A stretch of 64,000 nucleotides of DNA from Macrostomum lignano (taxonomy: Eukaryota): NCBI GenBank assembly GCA_002269645.1, contig NIVC01001398.1, positions 1 through 64,000 of the forward strand, in the 5' to 3' direction. Both the position numbers and the translations under genes were made by a program. Shown here in pieces: positions 56,101-64,000 of this stretch. The notes under the pieces are model-generated. The model made no database searches and was not told the DNA's origin. It worked only from the letters and a program-made list of their open reading frames with translations. The stretch's first letter is position 1. Each line of letters begins with the position of its first letter.

Positions 56101-59100
56101 CTGTTACCCTCTCCGTCCGCTTTTTGTTACCCTCTCTTCTGGCTCTCTGTTACCCTCTCTGCCGGCTCTCTGTTACCCTCTCTGCCGGCTCTCTGTTACC
56201 CTCTCTGCCGGCTCTCTGTTACCCTTTCTAACCGCTCTCTGATGCCCTCTCTGCCCGCTCTCTGTTCCCTTTCTGACTGCTCTGTTACCCTCTCTGACCG
56301 CTCTCTGTTACCCTCTCTGCCCACTCTCGAAAGAGCATTAGTAGATAGCGCTAGGAGCTGTCCAAGAAGAAAAGTGTAGTTTATTTACATCAGACTGATG
56401 AAGCTAGCGCCAGCGAAAACAGGATGAGGCGCAGAGGATTCTGGGATGATGCGGACAAGTGTCTCTGACCCCCAAGAGGAATTAATTAGCAATAGGTGGA
56501 TGGAAAAAGGACAAAGAAGGACAGAGATGCGCATTGAGGTCAGGAGATCAATGATAGATTGATTGATTCCGTGATAGGGAAATCCTGTGAGCAAGCCGCT
56601 TGTGTGTGGGGGGGGGGGCGGTGGGGAGGCATGAAGATCGGTAGTGCAAGAAAGGTAGACGGGGGCTGAAAATAGAATCGTCCAGTTTGCTGTGTCCCCT
56701 GCGACCCTGTCAATGCTGCAATGCTGGGGTCAGGGCGGCCGGCGAGCCCTCAGTGTTGCCGCCGTTACATACAGAAGCGAGGGAGCGACAGGGCAGAGAG
56801 GGATAGGCAAAAATAGGAGAGAGAATTTATTGTGTCGCATTGTATTTTTATTAAATAGAGAGAGAGCGAGAGCCAGGGGAATCGGGAATAGGGGCGAGGG
56901 GAGGGGGAGAGGTCGCTCCGGGTCGGGTCAGGGGAAAGGTTTCCGCTTGCACTCGCGGCGATTTACGTCGCTGATTCAGGAGCACAACAGGCCAGACAGG
57001 CCCCAGTTGCAGTTACAATTCCCCCCGCCCCTGGTGCAGCGGACTGGACTGGGGGCCGGCAGCTGTCCGCTGCCGGCTGAAGCTGCTGAAATCACGGGCA
57101 GGCAGGGGTGAGGAGGAGGAGGGAGAAAGAATGGAAAAAGAGCAGTCGGGGTGAGAGAAACCGGTCAGAGAGGGTAACAGAGAGCGGTCAGAGAGGGTAA
57201 CAAAGAGCATCAGAGAGGGTAACAGAGGGCGGTCAGAGAGAGTGCTATAGAGCATCAGAGAGGGTAACAGAGGGCGGTCAGAGAGAGTGCTATAGAGCAT
57301 CAGAGAGGGTAACAGAGAGTGGTCAGAGAGAGTGCTATAGAGCATCAGAGAGGGTAACAGAGAGCGGTCAGAGAGAGTGCTATAGAGCATCCGAGAGGGT
57401 AACAGAGAGCGGTCAGAGAGAGTGCTATAGAGCATCCGAGAGGGTAACAGAGAGCGGTCAGAGAGAGTGCTATAGAGCATCAGAGAGGGTAACAGAGAGC
57501 GGTCAAAGAGAGTGCTATAGAGCATCAGAGAGGGTAACAGAGAGCGGTCAGAGAGAGTGCTATAGAGCATCAGAGAGGGTAACAGAGAGCGGTCAAAGAG
57601 AGTGCTATAGAGCATCCGAGAGGGTAACAGAGAGTGGTCAGAGAGAGTGCTATAGAGCATCCGAGAGGGTAACAGAGAGTGGTCAGAGAGAGTGCTATAG
57701 AGCATCAGAGAGGGTAACAGAGAGCGGTCAGAGGTTGAGAGAGAGGGAGAAAGGGACAACGAAACGAACACAAGAGAGAGAGCATCGTCAAAGTTGGAAG
57801 TTGTCAAGTAGTCAACAGTATTGATTCAATGCCATTAGCTGTAATTAGCACTGACCGGCGACATGTATCGAAATTACACAAAGCAGAAGCGCACACCGGT
57901 GACTCACCCAGCACGTCGTAATCGACTCCATCGTGCCGGCAGACTAGCCGGAGCTTAAAGAATGACGTCAGCACGCGGGGGCTGGTCCTGTTGCCGAGGG
58001 TCTGGCCAGGGTCGTTCAAACAGATTCGAGCCAGCCGCGTGAATGTCGGAATCTGAGATTGACGTGAAGTTTGAGCAGTATGTTGGCTAATTGCATACGC
58101 GGTAACAATCGGAAAAAAAGCTTCAATAATAAAACCAAAAAAGTCATTTTATGAATTCATTTCTAATTAAAGCTCTGTGCTCAAACCAATTCCCAAGGCA
58201 CTCAGTGGATCAGAGAGACCCTAGTGGGAGCATGGGACAAGAAAATCTGCCTCCAAACCATGCGCAGAAGTTTGGCAAAAAAAGATTGAGCAACAGAAAC
58301 TTTTTATTGGCTTCTTCTTGCTACAGGAGGGCTCTTTGATTGAAGAGGAGATCCACCCTAATTTGCTTTTCCTCAGGGAGAACAGCGTATGGGTTGTATG
58401 AGAGATTGGCCATATGGAGGGGGCATTGAGCGAAATGAAAGAGCGGAAAAGGGCGGAAGAGTTGCAGGCAGAGGGCGGAAGGGTTGCAAGCAGATGGCGG
58501 GAGGGTTGCAAGCAGAGGGCGGAAGGGTTGCAAGCAGATGGCGGGAGGGTTGCAAGCAGAGGGCGGAAGGGTTGCAAGCAGATGGCGGGAGGGTTGCAAG
58601 CAGAGGGCGGAAGGGTTGCAAGCAGATGGCGGAAGGGTTGCAAGCAGAGAGCGGAAGGGTTGCAAGCAGAGGGCGGAAGGGTTGCAAGCAGATGGCGGAA
58701 GGGTTGCAAGCAGAGAGCGGAAGGGTTGCAAGCAGAGGGCGGAAGGGTTGCAAGCAGATGGCGGAAGGATTGTAAGCAGAGGGTGGAGGAAGGGTTGCAA
58801 GCAGAGAGCGGAAGGGTTGCAAGCCAGAAGTTTCGCTCGGAGAGGGCGGAGCAATAAAAAGATGCGCCAAAGGCGCAATTTCGCTCAATACCTATTCATG
58901 CGAGCGCGACTCGTTTGCTCACTTTCAATTTCTCTCTCTCTCTCTACCTCTCATTGAAAAGAGCTTAAACTACAGAACTCGCTCTAAACATGACTCACAT
59001 TTTCGCTGGGCTCTCTAACGCTTAGCGGCTGGGGTGACGGCGGTCAGCAAAAGCTGAACTACTGCTCTTTACAGCCCCTGTATCAAATTACCCCAATGCC

Positions 59101-59669
59101 CCCCCAGGCTCGATCACAAGAAAAGTGGCCGATTGCGCAGAAAGGAAATAAAACCGGGTCCCAAAGCAGAGCGTGATGCCTTGGTCAGGCTATGGCTGTA
59201 ACACGGACTGTGATGACTGTCCCCAGCTCCATACCAGGTTAATCTGAACTGGTAGGGTGTTAATTAACTTCTCATAGCAAGGCATAGCAAACCTCTGGAC
59301 CCATCATCCCCCGGGCTGGCCCACCCAGTCAGTAAACTTTGTTAAAGTTTACTCACAGCTTTCAACAAGGGCACACAAGAGTCCTCTAGGCTAGCATGCT
59401 CACGCGGAGAGGTGAGACATACTATTTTGCAGGACAGGGCTACTTGGCTAAAGTTATTAAGTAAAGATAGCTTTCATTTTCTTTCCTAGACATCACCATC
59501 TTAGGAGGTGCTGAGTAAGGTACGAGTAGGCACAGGGGCCCTTCATATTTAGAGAACAGCAGTCAGACAGACAGAAAGAAAGAGAAAGACACACTTTGAC
59601 TTATCCATCTCGCTTTAGGCCAACTGTCCAACGGCATTCTAAAATAGGCCGAGAGAACAAGAGCAATGT

Positions 59670-59758
<89 letters not shown>

Positions 59759-60266
59759 GGAGAGAGAGAGGCAGCATTTCGGCCCGTGGCGCAACTCGCC
59801 ATTGCACTACGCGAGATTCCGATGCAATTACTGGGAAATTTCGCATTCGGGTCTCCTCATTTTGTAGTGCAAACAAAGGCTTAGTTTGTAGCAAAATCGC
59901 ATCTGCGAATATTGCCGTAAATGCTGGTCGACTGCTTTAGCCCCGAAATCCGGACTTCTTCTGCTGCCTTCAGTTCTGATTCTGAATATGGCATTGAAAT
60001 TTGCTGCAAGACATTTGCAGCGGCTTCAGCTTTAGTTGCGCATTATGCCCGATGACAGATTTAATCAGTGTCAGTTGCGTAACTCTATTGCGCACATGCA
60101 ATCTCTTTATTAGCGGCTGGCCTGTTGACTGCGATGCGTGGAAAGATTGACAACATGCACTGGGGTGGGCTGAAGGGCGTGAGAATGGCGAAGTTGAGTT
60201 AGGAAGACATGGCACTGAGCAATGAGAAAGAGTCTTAAATGGCCTAGAACACAGACACAGACAGAA

Positions 60267-60339
<73 letters not shown>

Positions 60340-60340
60340 T

Positions 60341-60397
<57 letters not shown>

Positions 60398-60509
60398 AAG
60401 ACAGAAAGACAGACAGGCAGACAGACAGACAGACAGACAGACATACAGACAGACAGGCAGACAGACAGACAGACATACAGACAGACAGACAGACAGACAG
60501 ACGACAGAA

Positions 60510-60580
<71 letters not shown>

Positions 60581-60659
60581 AAGACAGAAAGACAGACAGG
60601 CAGACAGACAGACATACAGACAGACATACAGACAGACAGGCAGACAGACAGACAGACAT

Positions 60660-60698
<39 letters not shown>

Positions 60699-60729
60699 CA
60701 TATACAGACAGACAGAAAGACAGACAGGC

Positions 60730-60766
<37 letters not shown>

Positions 60767-61368
60767 GGCAGCCCACCTGGACCAGTCCGGACCGCTCGGT
60801 ATTGACAGTTTCCACATAGTTGCTGGTCTCGGCCGCTGGCTCGGTGTACACGGCGTACATCCTGTCTCTGACCTCGTGCATAACGTGGGCGCGGGCGCCG
60901 CGCGCCATCCACAGAGCGCGGCTGCGGCGCGAGTACAGATCGGCTGTGGTGAAGCCGATGTCGGCAAACTCGGGCCCGGTCAGCTCCACCAGGTCGGTGG
61001 CCTCGCGAATCGGCGGCAAGGCGGCGAAGAAGACCCACGAATTGCCGCGGCTCAATCGAAGCGACACCGGCGGCGGCTGCGACTTCTTTGACGGCGCTGG
61101 CGGCAGGAGGAGCGCGCTGATCTGCCGGTTCACCGGAGCAGCCGCGGAGTGTCGCCAGACTCTGCCGGCGCTGGCGCTGCCTCGGTCGAACCGGCGGCAG
61201 ACCCGGCTGTCACCGTCGCCGACAATCGCGCAGACGAAGGCGGCGCCGCTGCCGGAGTGGCCGGGGAAGAAGAGGCTGCGCACCAGGCCGCCGCTGCCAC
61301 CGGTTGGCCAGGCCGCCACCTTGGCGAAGTCCGAGATGTTGCTCGTCCGAAGCTCGTACACAGCGTCC
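46343..61368 (-). CDS. Divergent transmembrane semaphorin (Sema + PSI + TM + cytoplasmic tail), 5'-incomplete; exons 61368-60777, 58052-57908, 53981-53535, 50522-50160, 47196-46343
   Basis: [19 protein letters not shown]...[11 protein letters not shown]...YDVLE, FIGLF...AVCRF, LLVGWDTGEV, PSI domain [10 protein letters not shown]...GRC, and [28 protein letters not shown]. All four internal introns are GT-AG with compatible phases (0,1,1,1). Upstream exon(s) not found. Confidence 0.88.
47330..47775. repeat. 31-bp minisatellite (GAGATTAGACTGTCACTCTCTCAGATCCCCA)n
   Basis: Direct reading. Confidence 0.96.
48360..48815. repeat. CT-rich minisatellite, ~30-bp units grading to 26-bp (CATCTCCAGTGCTCTC core)
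   Basis: Direct reading. Confidence 0.9.
49817..50136 (+). repeat. Degenerate telomere-like hexamer array (TTAGGG/CTAGGG/CTAGAG)
   Basis: Direct reading; interstitial, in a semaphorin intron. Confidence 0.9.
50605..51915. repeat. 18-bp minisatellite (GTTCACTGTCTCTCTCTA)n
   Basis: Direct reading. Confidence 0.98.
52880..53530. repeat. 15-bp minisatellite (CCCCATTCACCCCAG / CTCCATTCACCATGG)n
   Basis: Direct reading; abuts the donor at 53534. Confidence 0.97.
54050..55095. repeat. 20/21-bp minisatellite (GTGTCATTTTGAGTTCGGTGA[G])n
   Basis: Direct reading. Confidence 0.97.
55957..56325. repeat. 23-bp minisatellite (GCTCTCTGTTACCCTCTCTGCCG)n
   Basis: Direct reading. Confidence 0.95.
57162..57730. 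repeat. 45-bp minisatellite containing the reverse complement of the 23-bp unit core
   Basis: CAGAGAGGGTAACAGAGAGC is the reverse complement of GCTCTCTGTTACCCTCTCTG. Confidence 0.95.
58460..58825. repeat. 22-bp minisatellite (GCAGAGGGCGGAAGGGTTGCAA) with alternating variants
   Basis: Direct reading. Confidence 0.95.
59671..59770. repeat. (GA)n microsatellite
   Basis: Direct reading. Confidence 0.97.
60255..60770. repeat. (GACA)n microsatellite
   Basis: Direct reading; abuts the donor at 60776. Confidence 0.98.
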
Positions 61369-64000
61369 CTTGAAATTTTCGAAATGATCATCGCTAGATG
61401 CGTCAGCATAAGACGCAAACCCCTTGAACCCACGAGGTCTCACCTGCCACCCAAGTACAAGCGATCTCCATCTTCAGCCACCAGGGACAGACTCTGGCCA
61501 GGCAGAGACAAATGCTCAACTGTGCCAAGCAGGTCTAAAATAAAATTGAATTTCGATGTTTTCTTGGAATTTTCCTAGGCCTGTTAAGTAAGTTCATGAA
61601 AAAGCTTAGGATGCAATAAAGTTGCTCACCTTTCTGCGAAAGGATCCTCATGCTTTTAAGCTGACAATTACACGAAGCTAATGCAATTAAATGGCCAATT
61701 AAATTGACCAAGAGAATGGAATGCTTGCAGTGAAACATTTTCTTTAACAAGGTTTTTTATTTATTTATGAATCTATCGGCCTCCAGTTGATGGTGGCTCA
61801 AGCAGCTTTTGTTTTTGTGAATGTTTGCAGCAAAGTTTGCAAAAATTCATCTTCATTTTATTAGTAAAGTAATTCTAAAGAATGCTTTTATATTTTCGGA
61901 TGCATAAAAATAGAAAAGTATTATTAAAATATGTTTTTTGAAACTTTTAATAGGTCTAAAAGGAACAAATATGGCTACATACATTAGCCCTAAAATATAG
62001 TCTAATTAGTTTGCAGTTAAAATATATAACAGAACTATTTATTAAGATTAATTTTTAATTCAAAATAAGCTAAAAACTAATTAAAATTATTGATATGCTT
62101 GATTGCAAAAAAAAATTTAGTTATGCTCAACTAAAATTGCATTTTTGGCATGCCACTAAGTTTGTACAACCAAAATTAAATATAAAGTCTATTGAATAAG
62201 TCTCTGCTGCAACTTAGATCTGAAAATTTAAAATAATATAATAAGAAATAAAATACACTAATATTAAGAGTCGATCAATAAGAACTCCAAATAATGTTTG
62301 CCTTATCAAAAATTAGATTATAATTTCACAAGTAACTGTATCATAGCTGCCTACAAACATAATAGCATTAAAATAAATAATATAATGGTGAAATTTACTA
62401 AGGATGTACCTAAAACATTACCGAGTACAGCGATTAACCAGAGTTAAGATGCTTTCTTGGCCTTGTGTTTAGCAATCACGAGCACTTTCAAAAGCATGGC
62501 TTGCTAGTTCGGTAAAATTGAAATGTGAATTTTATAGCCAGTAGACACCGTGCAAGAAAGTAATTTTTGGACTTTTTAGTTAATATCTGATAATCTGAGT
62601 TTTTATTCTTTCGAAAAATCGGTAGCATTTGATAAATAGATCAGCCAACAGAACTAACTTTAACGAGAAGTTGTTATACCATTTATGTGCAACGCGTATT
62701 TTCTCGGCTTTTGACACAAAACATGCAAGAGAGTCTAAATTCTTAGAAACAGATCATAATGTCTGATCTTCCCTGATAAAAAAGACAGATAATATTCTGC
62801 AAACAAGAAAAGTGCTCATTTTTTAGACATGGAGTGCGTAAGTAAAGTTGCATAATGCATACTCCCGGCGTGGTACTGCTGAAGATCGAACTGCCGAATC
62901 TGCATTTGAACCTACGATTCCGATGAATGTGGTGAATTCCGTCTGGACCAAAGCAACCAGAAAACAGTTGGGCTCTTGTGTGGCATTTGTGTAGCCAATG
63001 ATTATCTCAATTGGGCCATCTCATCATTCTTCGATTTTCTTCATGATATGATACGTACGACTGGTGATGCTGCTACTGCTACTGGGTCTGTTACATATGA
63101 TGCTGAGCTCGGGTCAACTGGTACTGCAACTTCTTAACTGTCTTCTCGCTGGCTGAATATTCTTTTCTGCTGCTGTTTCAACTAATTAGAGTGATTAATA
63201 AAGTCGCAGTTGCAGCGCGCTCGATCGGTTTGCATGAGCTCTAGCTAATTTCCGTAGCCAGCCTGGCCCGCTTCAAGTAGCTGCTAGCGGTGGTGGTAGC
63301 ACAGTTGCAGTGGCGAGGGACATTCCTCGACGATCCATCTTAGCAGTACTGGCGGATACAGCTTGTCAGTCCCTGCATCACAATACTTCGTACATGTATA
63401 ACCAGCTTGGTTTCACAGATTACTGTACATGTATAGTTGTAGTGACGCAATTGCAACTTTGTCTGGAACCGCATTCCACAGCAAACGCATGGATATAGTT
63501 AGGGCTAGTAAGGGCTAAGTAGTGTTATAATTAAGCTGGATCTATTGAATGTGCACTACATATTCATAATTTTGAAATAGGTCGCCGAAATTGCTGGGCT
63601 GGGCTCGGAATTACCCTGGCAGAATAATTTGGAACCTGTTCTGTTCTGCTATGGCCCGACCAAGAAGCACCTGCTGGTCGTCGCGAAGGACAAAAATCGG
63701 CTCCTACTGAAGAAGCAGACCTAGCCGAATCAGGTGCCACCTGGTGAATCTGCCATTTGGCCATCGAAAGATCAACTTTGAATCGAGAACTGCTAGGAAC
63801 TGACTCGAGTTTAAGTTTTCCAGGCCAGATGCTGCATTGCATATTCTGTTACTTTTCCAACGTTTCCCTTTAATTCCCTTTGCATGAGGAGTTTGGCCTC
63901 TCGATAAACGTTTTCTTTCTAAGTTTAAATTCACACCTGTTTCGATACCCCCCTGCTTCTTCACCCCTTTTCTGGACATCAGGGGTTTTGCCAAAAGAAA

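Noticed and set aside
62580-62712. U2 snRNA-like words (TTAATATCTGATA, TTCTCGGCTTTT) and an Sm-like site
   Set aside because: Wrong order and spacing, and no branch-pairing GTGTAGTA sequence.
62830-64000. Candidate 5' semaphorin exon or other small ORFs
   Set aside because: No signal peptide or Sema motif with a phase-2 donor was found; the ORFs lack recognisable homology.

Overview
Eukaryotic (animal) genomic DNA with GC-rich exons and long introns packed with micro- and minisatellites. The style suggests a free-living flatworm such as Macrostomum (inference only). Genes rebuilt by hand from splice sites and family motifs: an intronless DEG/ENaC/ASIC channel (+), a perilipin (-), a helical ApoL/pore-forming-toxin-like ORF with one in-frame TAA (-), a 5-exon SAXO/FAM154 axonemal gene (+), a 4-exon INPP1 with a 1-nt frameshift in its DPIDGT motif (+), and the last five exons of a divergent transmembrane semaphorin (-). 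Mobile DNA: a chimeric two-clade LINE insertion with one 10-bp TSD, a probable SINE, a ~5 kb CMC/EnSpm-like element carrying a DUF4806-like gene and a nested hAT MITE, and a MULE/foldback element with a 9-bp TSD. The most notable signal is a tandem pair of 129-nt vault-RNA-like Pol III genes (44968-45096, 45420-45548). The central domain of each folds into a full tRNA cloverleaf; the bodies are shared, but one has a Lys(UUU) and the other an Asp(GUC) anticodon loop. All assignments come from reading the sequence and recalled family motifs; no database search was run.
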